DNA of 64,000 nt, from contig OZ249451.1 in assembly GCA_965235115.1 (NCBI GenBank), positions 10,044,001 to 10,108,000 of the forward strand, in the 5' to 3' direction. Made by a program: the position numbers and the translations under genes. The stretch is from Laetmonice hystrix. Its lineage: Eukaryota. Positions 23,394-35,524 of this stretch are shown here, piece after piece; position 1 is the first letter of the stretch, and every line of letters begins with the position of its first letter. Below the pieces are notes generated by a model. It saw only the letters and a program-made list of their open reading frames with translations. It had not been told where the DNA came from and ran no database searches.

Positions 23394-26300
23394 AGGGAAG
23401 GCTTCCCTGGACAGTAAAGGTCGTCATCGTCCATTACATTGAGCACAGCCAGAATGTAGCACATGTGGTCATTGGCCCCTTACATGCAGTTACTTATGTC
23501 AGCATTGTAGGATGCTTCCTCCGTTGCCAGGTTTCTTGCCGAACCTAGGGTAGTCACAACAGGAATATATTAATGGCACCAACTCGTTTGCGGCAAGGAA
23601 ATTCCGTGAATTATTGGAAAAGTAGCCCCTGGATGGATGAAGGGGGCAGGGAGGAAATGTGAGCGTGTTTGGTGAGCCTCAAAAGAAGAAGTGGTCCCAG
23701 CGGGTGAGCCTGCCGCGCGGTGTCTTTCCTCCCGGACCCGCGCCCCATGCTATCTCACTTCATCGTACTCCGTCAGTGAAACAACCCGGCTCAAAGGTTG
23801 GGTCCCAGCCTCCGATCTCTTTGATGACCTTCACCTATGACCCCAGGACAGGCCGACTATTATAACTGTCCTTTGGTAAGGTCATGGCCTCACCCAGAAA
23901 TACTTCAGACTATATGCTGGCACTGACACTCCTAAAACCTCCCTGAAGTTTTCTGTTCAAGGCAGAACTCGATCGTTGACATCCAGAGCGGGTTGCCGCA
24001 GTGATGTCTGATGAGAAGACGTCACATATTTCTTTCTTCGGGGTCACCTTTTGGACAACCACAGAAACTCTAGCTTCAGACGGCCACAGGAGTTCGATGG
24101 GGGTGCCGTGGGGGGGGGGGATGCCTTCTACACCGTTTAACTTACCGTGCTTGCTTCTTGATTATGTCTTTATATTTTAACATCATTTTAATTTTCGTGA
24201 ATTTATGGGTAAAAAGAATATTTTGGTTTCCCTGCATTTCAGTATATATTGTAGTGTATGAGGTCAGTGTTGCAGTATATTATAACTGCCATGGGTGGAG
24301 GGAAGTTGTGGGGGGGGGGGGGCAGCCCCCCAGCCGGGATGGTGATTATAGACACGTGTTAATAGTTATGGGGAGGACGGACTCTACCATTAGGCTACAG
24401 ATCCCATGAACCAACCAACCCAGGGGTCAATGTCCAACACTTCCCAGACCATTACACTGCAAGTCAAGTATTTCTGTGATCACACCGAACACAGGAAAGT
24501 CCTATTAAAAATGGATTGAAAGGGTTTTTTTCAAATATGTAGCATTGTGCTTGAGTTCTTTGTAAACGATGACTGTACCCAGCCATGATAGGTGCTATAT
24601 AAACCAAGGGTAGTTCGTGCTAGTGTTATACGTAGGTCCCTCAACCTGAAGAATGTAAACTATAGTGGGCATTTATCTTGTTCAGTTTTTGAGGTCAGTA
24701 GTATGGTTAATTACAGCCTTGGTTGTTTCTGATTGTTCCATATGAAAGAGAGTTGTTGATCCCCTTCTGTGAAAATTACGAATCCTGAGGGGTAAAAATT
24801 AAGTACCCATTGGGACTTTGAGACAGAAATTAGGCATGGTGTCAGGACGCACTGAACTTTAACTTTTTATTTTTTAAACCATTTTTATTCATGCAGAACT
24901 CGCACTTAGGAAATCGGGTTGGAGATTTAAAAAAGGGACTACAAGCATGTCCGGGTATAAGCGTCACTGTGTACAATTGGCTCCCCTCCAGTTATTGGTT
25001 AAATTGAGCGAGGTTTATTTATGGCATGGATCCAACATATATGACGTGACATTCAAAAATGGGACTAACTTTAGTGGAGGCGATATTTTTTTATATTTTG
25101 AGAGATTGTTTGAGGTGGTGCGTACTGGGATACCAAGTCATTTTGCACTTTCTTTTTCACCCGTTATCAGTGGTTCCAGGTTTGATATACTTGGTTACAT
25201 CAATCGGGTGTTATATCATCTCGCAGGACCATTTCAAGATCCTATTTCAGTATAGGTTCGTAACATTTTGATTATTTAATTAAAAAAATTAATTGCTATG
25301 TTAAATCCTTAAGGTTAACCCAAGAGAGCTGTAGAGTTCGGGGCAAGTGGTTACTCTTGTAATCCCTGACCAGTGGAGATTCGGTCTCAGGTTTACAGGG
25401 GATCATGTCTGGGAGAGGAAGGGTTCATTTGTTACTGACCCTGAGAAAGAATAATCTAAACCCTCAATCTGATTACACGGCCTGTCTGTGGATCGAACAC
25501 TCAGTATGAGTGGGTTAGTCATTCAAAGCAATGTTCAGACCCGGTTTTGCCGACAAAAACGCAGAAATCATGAAATCAGTGATGCCTATCATATTTGGGA
25601 TAAGACTGTATTGCCATGGAGGTATCAGTAAAGAAATAAGGAGCCGCTCCTAAAAAAAGAATTGTTTAATCTGAAAAAAGTCGCTTTGAAAACAGGCCTT
25701 CTACCATAATTTAGATCGCAAACATAAAAGGTTGTCTCTCTATACATGGACTATACGGGGATCTCTAGCATTGATTGACATTGTGACAGTGGAGGGAGGA
25801 ACCTTTCAGATGAGCAAGCTGAGAATAATACCCTCAATCTCCTTGATCTTTTTTTAAGTTGTATTAGCCCAGTGTTTTCTTTTACAATTCTCTTTCTTTT
25901 CCTTATTTCCTCCCTCTCTGGCCGACTAGCAGTAGTGTGACGTTGCGGTGGGTGGGAGACGGGTCTGTGCTCCGCCGCCGGCAGCCGTCGGGGCAGGTGG
26001 CCGAGCCCTGGGCCAGACTCCCTGCCGGAGGCTCAGGGTCAGCCTGGCCGCACACAGTCAGGCAGTCAGGGGAGGTTTTGGTCCAGGGATGGGCCGCCCC
26101 ACATGCCCCATTGTTCATTTTTTATACCCATAGCCAGGCTGTATGGAAGTGTTGCACTTACTATATGTATATATGTGTGACTTTAGCCAAACGTTGCTAT
26201 CAGAAGTTGCTAAAAGAAATTCCTGACAGAACCAAGATTGAAATAGGTCACATGTGGTTCCCGGCTAATCTGAATGTCACTTTGAGAAACGAGCTTCTTT

Positions 26301-27428
26301 GACATTTCTTTTTCCGTTGTGAAATTGTAGCATCTTTTCTTATCTTTAGCACGATGAGGCTGGCAGTGTGGCCTGTTGTGTGCGGTTGTCAACCACTCGC
26401 CTGATTTATCAGTGTTTTGGATGCGCATTATCAGAAAACTACAACAAGCATTGGTCGAGTTCATTAAGGATTAGGTTTCTCTATGCTGTGTAGTAATTAG
26501 AGAGCAAATGTAGAGCTTCTTTCTTTCTTTTTTTCTTTCTTTTTTTTATAAGTACGTAGATGTAGATAGACAAAAAAGGAGTTTCAGTTCACTTAGAGTT
26601 ATAAAAGCATTTTATCTTAGTAAAATTCAGAAAAAAATCTTCTAAGTTACAACCGTAATAGCCGATTTAGAATTTGATACGGTGATAAGGATATATGATG
26701 GCTGTGATAAGGGGGTTAAGTCAGTTACCCCCACCCCGTTATATAAGGGGTGCGCACCTGACCCTCAGCTATCAGTTAGTGTTGACGCCCCACATAATCC
26801 TGACACGGCGTATTGGGAGTCGAGGGTCCACCGACACGCCCACCACATCACGTGACGTATACCTCGGGCGGTCCTTGTCCTAGTCCTCCTCGTCCTCCTC
26901 CTCTTCCTTTTCCTCCTTTTCTTTATCCTCCTGCTCCTCCTCCTCGTCTGTCACCTTGCCCACAAAGCCTTCACATCTACTAAATCTATCATTGTCTTAA
27001 AGCTGTCACACAACCCTACTATAAATCTGTCACATTTTTCCTAATGTTGTCACACTGTCATACTAAGACCTGTCACATCCTCCCTAAGTTTTCACAGTGT
27101 GTTCTGAATGCTGGTATCGATATCTAACTCCGGCTTCTAACTAAAGGCATGATAAACATTGTTTGCTATAGCTTACAGTTGTCAGCATGTTGTGACTGAA
27201 GTGATCTAATCGAGACAGGTATCTCGTCTTATCAATAACATCCCAGTGTGCTGTCATCGGTTGGTTATGTCCCGGAGAGATACAGAAACCGACACAAATA
27301 CATGGTTTGTAGTTAGCTCTCAACTTGTGCAGCCATTCAATGAAACATTATATATATGAAAATAACCGTAAAAACGCGAACGGTCTCAGCCAAGGTTGAA
27401 TCAACATGTGACTTCAAAAGGCCTTGAA

Positions 27429-28292
27429 GTACAAGTTAATTAGGCCTATACATATCTATACAGTATAAGAAAATCCTGACACTTCAGGAGCACTGTACAG
27501 GTTAATTAGGCCTATACACCGTATATGTCCTATTTGCCGCGCACCTCCTATTTGCCGCGCACCCCAGCATTTTTTAAAACCCAATGTGTTTGTCAGGGGT
27601 GGAAATTTGGGAAAACTCATATTGGGGACTCATATTGGGGACCTATTTGGAAAGAAAATGCCCCCTTAACGTTAAAATAATTCATTTGCCGCGCACCCCC
27701 CTTCTGCACACGCGCATGCGCGGCAAATAGGACATATACGGCATATCTATACAGTATAAGAAAATCCTGACACTTCAGGAGCACTGTACAGGTTAATTAG
27801 GCCTATGTACATATCTATACAGTATAAGGAAATTATGACACTTCAGGAGCACTGTACAAGTTAATTAGGCCTATACATATCTATACAGTATAAGGAAATC
27901 ATGACACTTCAGGAGCACTGTACAAGTTAATTAGGCCTATACATATCTATACAGTATAAGGAAATCATGACACTTCAGGAGCACTGTACAAGTTAATTAG
28001 GCCTATACATATCTATACAGTATAAGGAAATCATGACACTTCAGGAGCACTGTACAGGTTAATTAGGCCTATACATATCTATACATCATGACACTTCAGG
28101 AGCACTGTACAAGTTAATTAGGCCTATACATATCTATACATCATGACACTTCAGGAGCACTGTACAGGTTAATTAGGCCTATACATATCTATACAGTATA
28201 AGGAAATCATGACACTTCAGGAGCACTGTACAGGTTAATTAGGCCTATACATATCTATACAGTATAAGAAAATCATGACACTTCAGGAGCAA
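27429..28292. repeat. 66-bp minisatellite, ~10 units, interrupted by a MITE; two units carry an internal deletion
   Basis: Unit ttaattaggcctatacatatctatacagtataaggaaatcatgacacttcaggagcactgtacaag (period 27901 to 27967). Confidence 0.95.
27519..27741. mobile_element. MITE with 25-bp perfect TIRs (CCGTA...TACGG; Tc1/mariner-pogo-like by termini and 2-bp TSD)
   Basis: ccgtatatgtcctatttgccgcgca (27519-43) and exact reverse complement (27717-41); CA duplicated on both sides; internal extra copies of atttgccgcgcac. Confidence 0.9.
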
Positions 28293-29043
28293 TTGTAAAT
28301 CTTCTTGATGAGAAACTCCACGAGTTGTTTTGCCCCAAGCTATTTTCCGCAACCATTTCTTTATGTCACACTGCTTCACATGAATTGGTGTGATTCTCAT
28401 ACATTGTACCTGCACTGCAGTCTCAGTTTTTGTGTATATCCACAATACATTACATTCATATCCACCTTTCTTTCTCTTGGCAAAGTCGCACAGTTGACAC
28501 CCTCCTATTCTTATTTACGGATGACAAGTGTGGAAAAACGGGCTAGTGACTGACATTACCTGACCCTGTATCGTCAACGATCCACTGCAGTCTGGTGGGA
28601 ACTTTGTCACGTCAACTTGAAAGGGACGAGCTCAAATACGGACAAGATATCTCCACGGATGGTGGATTGGACAGTCTTTGTTCAACAGTTCGCTAACAAT
28701 GGTTTTCAAATCTATCGTGCCTGGAGATAAAGCCAGCGGTGAAAGGAAGTTCCCATGGTAGTCTTTGTCACAACATGATGTAAAGCCGCCACTTTTTCCT
28801 CTTTGAATATATATATGTCAAAAGAGGGGCAATTTGTCATATCCCCTATCTTGCCGGTAGCCTCAATCTCTAGAGAGGTTTAGAAATGACATCATATGGT
28901 CTGTTGAAGACTAATTGTATAGTAGAATCTGATTCTGCCTGGATGCAGCCCAGTGGTGGATTGGATCTTACAAAGTACAGTGGCAGAGTGGTATAAAGTG
29001 AGAATATACCCATAGCACTGCTAGCCTATACTTAACCTTCCAG

Positions 29044-29119
29044 CCATATACTTTACTTGTGGATGTGAAGACATCTAAGGAAGACACTACTGTCAAATCA
29101 GCATTCAATTTTGGGAGAG
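29044..29119 (+). CDS. Candidate upstream exon of the rols/TANC-like gene
   Basis: ttaaccttccag acceptor, 76 nt open (PYTLLVDVKTSKEDTTVKSAFNFGR) and gag|gtgagt donor ending in phase 1, compatible with the exon at 32579. No homology support; other candidate phase-1 donors exist (e.g. 18329). Confidence 0.25.
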
Positions 29120-32100
29120 GTGAGTATCAGTTACTAAATCTGTTTGTAGATAAACTCATAAAGAAATGCAGAAGCCGTTCACTGATTCAGTGGATATTTT
29201 CTTATCTCTACAGATATATGTTACCCTTGGGGGCAGCGCGTCTTGTGGAAAAGGCTTCAGAAACTAAGACACTTGAGTTGTTTGACTTGAGGGTAGTTGG
29301 TAATTGATTCACTAAGTAAGGTCTGAGATTTATGTGAGTAGACCCTGACAATCAGGGGCGGATATCCACGTACCGCGGTATATATGAGAGGGCGAGGGAA
29401 TGTAGGCCTACCCGTGACAGGTCATTTTGTTGTCTGTATAGATTTTGTAGGATTTCTTCTACTGCTTGGTCCAGGGTTAAATGCTAACTTCATTTCACTT
29501 ACCACATCGAGGATCACGGAGGGTCCACAGAGTTGGCGGGAAAATTAGGCCACGTGGATACTGACTTTGATCTTGAGTATAGAATATACATCTAAACTTG
29601 TTGCTTTGAGAGATATACCATAAAGACATTGTTTGGCTGACTCTTTTGGGGTGGGTGGTGTTTTGGTAGGTTTTTCTAGAAAATGTTGTTCTAAGATGCT
29701 TATGTCTGTTAAGTTAACATATAGCCACTTGAACCGACGCTTCCAAGTATGATCTGTACCCGTGGAATGAAAAGACATGAAAGGAGTTTGTTTAAACCCT
29801 GACATTAATCAAAATCTTTGAAAAATGACTTTAGAACTTGTATGGGCGTCAACCTAGCCATTCGGAAGAAAACTTTTCCGTTCTAACTTTTTCCCCTATT
29901 CACATTTCTGGTTTACCTTTTTATCATTATCTTAATTGACTGTAGTACTCTTTGATTATTCGTTTTAACGCATACCAAATTACTTTAATTTGTACAGTAT
30001 TGTTCAAACATGATCTAAAGGTAAGGCGAGTATTTATTCGCAAATTAACTTTAAACAGGAATTTTTCTTTGTACCATGGGTACGTTATTCAGTAAAAATG
30101 TAGAAATGTAATAAAAAAATAAATAAAAAAGGGCACGAATGGTAAAGTATACCTGTAACTGGCAGTCCCGGCGTGGTGGATGAGTATGATTTGTTCCCCA
30201 AGTGTTGTACTTTTTTTGCATTGTTTTGCTCCTCTTGAGTTGTTTGGCTGAGTGTTTATCTGTGTGTCTTGAAATCGGATATCCTGACCGGCCTCGCCAC
30301 AATACGTCGTATTGTGGCCCTTCATACAATACACAATGCCACAGTACCTCAATCTTCTCAAAGTAAAAACATCTTTTCAATCATTGTACTCAGCTTTTAC
30401 TCTATGATTGCAAATTGCGTGTAGTCAGAAATATAGTTTGGTTAAAAAAAGACGTATAAATTTTCCGATTTTCATTTCAGTAACCTTTAATATGATATAA
30501 ATGAGGAAAATCAACTTTATGTGACATTAAAATATTGAAATCATGATTGGGAAGTACGGGGGCAGTTTCCAGTTTCTTCTCGAGACAGATGGACCTATAG
30601 AGATGGGTGGAGATGACTTGTATATATATCCGGTCTATAGGTCACTAAGAAAGGATGAGTGACTTACAATGGCCTGCAGGCAAACACTTCAATCGACAGT
30701 CCTGCATACGGGGGTATTACACTGAATGGAGAAATATATGGCACACCTTTACCAGTCCATACACTCCAAATGGCTCACACAAAAAGAGCTGATGTAGTTT
30801 TAAGTATATAATGTTGGAGAAACCAGCCGAGATAGGGGTGGAGATAAAATACAGATTGTAACAAAAGATGAAAACGGAAGTCTGTATTGAAGTGAAAAAA
30901 GACGAATTGACCAAATTTAACATCATTTTGTTGGTTCTCTGTGACATCTGCTAATATTTGCTTGAATCCGATTCCGAGAGATGGGGTTTCTTATTGACGA
31001 TATTTGGGTAGAGAAAGACTCATTGTGTTCAGGGGCATCCTTGAAAATTCATCACTCGCTTTGTATAACAAGGACGTTCGTGCAGAGAATTTTTACTTAG
31101 CTTTTACAGATATGTGGAAATGCCCACTCAGCCTACAATGTTTATTCTTCTGTTATATCAATCGACGTCATTGTTGTCTATAGCGCCTGTTATTAGTGTA
31201 CCATTCATGGTACATTACACTGCGATAGGTGATATATTAGGCGACTTATTACCTAGCAATATGTTGGTGTTTCATGAGCCAACACATGGAAACTGTATAG
31301 GGAAGGTTGATTGTTTCTTAAATTGCTATTGACATAGGTCTGCACAATGGGGATATATACCAGTATCTTACTAATATTTGATATATATATCTCAGTTACT
31401 TTATCAATTCTATCTGTAGATTGCATGTCATTGGCAGGTTAACCTCCATGGCAGTACATGTCAATCATGTGGGTTCACTCTCCCACCTGACACCTGCACA
31501 GGTCTCTGGCCCAGTCAGCCACAGACGGCTGGGTCAAATTAAATGCCAATATTGACTTGAGCCATACTTGTCGAAGCCAACATGTTTGTATTACTTTTTG
31601 AAACCGGAACACTCGATGATGGGTTATATACCGAGGCTCATTTAGCAGTGTGAGACGACAGGGTGTTTCTAATTTTAGGAGTTTTCTTAGTAAACAGTCT
31701 TCTTTTGATCACTAACATACTCCTAAGAAAGGGATTGAAAATGATCCATCTCTCAAGATTAGGGAAACATGAGTGAATAGATGTTATTATTTAGGGGAAA
31801 AAGAGAGAAACGCTCGTATCAGTGGTTCTAATAATATATTAATGCGCCTTTTTTAATATAATAAATTCTCTCAGTGGTTGTGTATGCATAATATTTTTTG
31901 GAAAATAAATAAGACTAGTGTTTACATAACACTTCAGTTACAGCAGGCCATATAATGTCATAGTGGAGTCTAGGTAGGTGCTCTCCCCAGCACTCGAACT
32001 CTGACCTTCTGTGGTTATGGAGCGGAAAATTAACTAACATCATAAACATTCATGGTCACAGAAGTCACACGGTAGAAAATTGGACTTGAAAGTGGGGCCT

Positions 32101-32578
32101 ATGTGTGTACAGCGCCAGGGTTGAATGCCCTTGGAGGCTGGAAACTCCGCTTCAGATCAGAGACTAGACTTGATACAGTTATTATGGGGTCTGACAGAAA
32201 GCAAACTGGATCTGCAGCCAGTTAGGGCCTGTCAGTACTGGCAGGTGAAACACGTCAGTTCTGTGTAAACATGCATTGTATTCCCAAACATGAATACAAT
32301 CGATGTAATATTACACTGCAATACATAAACAGATTTATGTTTTATATGTTGATACTTGGATACAATCTGTATACTTTATATTTCCAGACGTCAGTCATTG
32401 CGTTGTCTTTGCAAACACCCAGATGTTCTGTTTATTCAGTCATCAATGTACAGTCTATCAATCTGTCTGCAATCTGTACCTTAACTCCAATACTCATGCC
32501 TTAAATTTCCAGACATCACAATACATTCTGTGCCTAATATTTCCAGACATGACTAGAGTTTGTGGTTTATATTTGCAG

Positions 32579-32761
32579 ACATCAATGCGGTGAAGCAGTT
32601 GGCGGCCATGGAGGCTGTAGCCACAGACGGCGTCTGTCCATCGTGCGCCTCACCTTACGATGGAGGCAAAAAACGGCGCCTCATCGACACGGCCTGCAAC
32701 CATGAGCGCTGCTTCTCCTGCATGTTCAATTCTAATGAGTGTCCTCTCTGTGAAACAGACA
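32579..32761 (+). CDS. rols: Coding exon with RING-type zinc-finger motif of a rolling pebbles/TANC-family scaffold protein
   Basis: atatttgcag| acceptor and |gtaagt donor; 183 nt, phase 1-1; encodes DINAVKQLAAMEAVATDGVCPSCASPYDGGKKRRLIDTACNHERCFSCMFNSNECPLCETD. The CPSC..P.D.GKKRRLIDT.C.HERC.SCMF....CP.C pattern matches my recollection of the Drosophila Rols7/invertebrate TANC N-terminal RING. Confidence 0.82.
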
Positions 32762-34080
32762 GTAAGTTTACATAGTCAGTGTCCTCTCTGTGAAACAGAC
32801 AGTAAGTTTACATAGTCAGTGTCCCCTCCGTGAAACAGACACTGAGTTCACCCAGTCGGTATCCCCTTTATGAAACATACAGTAAGTTTACATAGTCAGT
32901 GTCCCCTCGGTGAAGCAGACAGTAAGTTTACATAGTCAGTGTCCCCTCGGTGAAGCAGACAGTAAGTTTACATAGTCAGTGTCCCCTCTGTGAAGCAGAC
33001 AGTAAGTTTACATAGTCAGTGCTCCCTCGGTCAGCTCTATGTAAACTCCATAGTCAGTGTACCTTCGGTGAAGCAGACAGTAAGTTTACATAGTCAGTGT
33101 CCCCTCGGTGAAGCAGACAGTAAGTTTACATAGTCAGTGCTCCCTCGGTCAGGTCTATGTAAACTACATAGTCAGTGTACCTTCGGTGAAGCAGACAGTA
33201 AGTTTACATAGTCAGTGCTCCCTCGGTCAGGTCTATGTAAACTACATAGTCAGTGTACCTTCGGTGAAGCAGACAGTAAGTTTACATAGTCAGTGTACCT
33301 TCGGTGAAGCAGACAGTAAGTTTACATAGTCAGTGTCCCCTCGGTGAAGCAGACAGTAAGTTTACATAGTCAGTGTACCTTCGGTGAAGCAGACAGTAAG
33401 TTTACATAGTCAGTGTCCCCTCGGTGAAGCAGACAGTAAGTTTACATAGTCAGTGTCCCCTCGGTGAAGCAGACAGTACGTTTACATAGTCAGTGTACCT
33501 TCGGTGAAGCAGACAGTAAGTTTACATAGTCAGTGTACCTTCGGTGAAGCAGACAGTAAGTTTACATAGTCAGTGTCCCCTCGGTGAAGCAGACAGTAAG
33601 TTTACATAGTCAGTGTCCCCTCGGTGAAGCAGACAGTAAGTTTACATAGTCAGTGTCCCCTCGGTGAAGCAGACAGTAAGTTTACATAGTCAGTGTACCT
33701 TCGGTGAAGCAGACAGTAAGTTTACATAGTCAGTGTACCTTCGGTGAAGCAGACAGTAAGTTTACATAGTCAGTGTCCCCTCGGTGAAGCAGACAGTAAG
33801 TTTACATAGTCAGTGTCCCCTCGGTGAAGCAGACAGTACGTTTACATAGTCAGTGCTCCCTCGGTCAGGTCTATGTAAACTACATAGTCAGTGTCCCCTC
33901 GGTGAAGCAGACAGTAAGTTTACATAGTCAGTGTCCCCTCGGTGAAGCAGTCAGTAAGTTTACATAGTCAGTGCTCCCTCGGTCAGGTCTATGTAAACTA
34001 CATAGTCAGTGTACCTTCGGTGAAGCAGACAGTAAGTTTACATAGTCAGTGTCCCCTCGGTGAAGCAAACAGTATAAGTT
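32739..34080 (+). repeat. 40-bp minisatellite (~34 units) made of exon end plus 5' splice donor
   Basis: Unit gtgtcccctcggtgaagcagaca|gtaagtttacatagtca; the first unit overlaps the last 23 nt of the coding exon; five variant units contain ctatgtaaactacatag. Confidence 0.96.
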
Positions 34081-35305
34081 CACCCAGTCAACCGTCTGCC
34101 TACCCATTATCCCACGACTTAATTTAATTTTCTCACGCCACGTTTTGCTTATTGTGGGCACGAACTACCCCATGCCCAGAAAAAGCTTTGATTGTAGAGC
34201 GCTTACATAATTCGCGTTCAATTCTGAATTATTAACACGATACTGAACACGATGAAAGAATAGCCATAAATGCGTTATGATATTGCCATCAACATAAAAT
34301 GATTGGCCGTAAGTCTTGTGAGCATTCTGATTCTAGCGCAGAGCAGTGTTGACAAATCTCGATGTATTGGAGACCACTCATGAAGTTTACGCAACATTAC
34401 TTGGATTTATGTGTACAACGTCAAGTAGTATTTTATTTATGATGTCAGGGTGATATTCCCACAACGAGGGCATATGGTTTCTATGGTGTTTCTGTCATTA
34501 TCTCTTTCCTTACTTTTCCAAACCTTACCGAGACGTATTTCACTGTACATTATAAAGCTTCTGTTTGTTGAGGAAATGAGTAGAACATCTGTCGATAAAA
34601 CTGCACCAAGCCAGACTAAACCTTACGCTGAGAACATAGTAGTTCACATTGCTTCGTTTTCTAATCAATACTCATTTTATCTGTAGTAAGCCTGAGCAAG
34701 CCAGGAACAAATTATTCTGAGACGCTAAATGAGGTTCTATTACTAGCCGGGAGTTAGCTTACACTTGATTGAAATACGCATAAATGTACTGAAAAAAGTC
34801 TGTGCTTGACTCCATCCAACTTTCCGAGAGAAATGGTTAATGAGGTATACTACTGCATAGTGTAGTGTTTGGGAATTCTTTGAAAGCGACTGATTAAATA
34901 AGCGGCCAATAACGATGAGGTTAAAAGACCTTCCCTATTTAAAATCTTAAAATATCCTGTTTAATTTTTAGAGGTGAGGCTGAGAAAAATCGCATTCAGA
35001 AGTCATTAAGTGGCGATAGTACGCCCGTAGTAGAGTAGAAGACTGCCATATCATAAAAATGTTCTATAGTCAGAGCAAGAAAATTATGAAAAGTGTATGA
35101 AAACCCCCATTTATATAAAGTATAAGAAGTTTGGATCTTAATAGAATTTACATTTTCCCCCTAAAAAAGGGGCAATTCTCATGGAAAAATGTGCAACGAT
35201 ATGTTTGATGCAATCTGAAGGATCTACATGTATAGTGCAGCCTTTTTCCTGCTGTAATCGTTGTCGCGATGATTAACATGGTTGCGATGTATGAACTATT
35301 TCCAG

Positions 35306-35524
35306 TGTATTCGGGAGGCGCGAACAGAGCCAACCATTTCCGACAGCAAAGTGACACGGCCATACTCTCACACCACCGACCTAAGATGAAAACAAACGGC
35401 CATTTCACCACCTACATGCAAAACCGTCTGGAGGGAACCTTCCCACTACTGGAGGAAGACGTCAACATGGACAACACGGTCCCGCAGTCTAAAGTCAACA
35501 CACTGGCGTCACCTAGTCGCAGAG
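35306..35524 (+). CDS. rols: Next coding exon of the rols/TANC-like gene
   Basis: ctatttccag| acceptor and agag|gtagga donor; 219 nt, phase 1-1, in frame with the RING exon; encodes MYSGGANRANHFRQQSDTAILSHHRPKMKTNGHFTTYMQNRLEGTFPLLEEDVNMDNTVPQSKVNTLASPSRR. The KTNGHF..YMQ motif is recalled from rols-like proteins. Confidence 0.72.

Noticed and set aside
22827-23464. Three overlapping minus-strand ORFs
   Set aside because: 57-bp repeat artefact.
26880-26960. Acidic Glu/Asp-rich translation on the minus strand
   Set aside because: Simple (tcc)n-type low-complexity sequence ending in a stop; no splice context.
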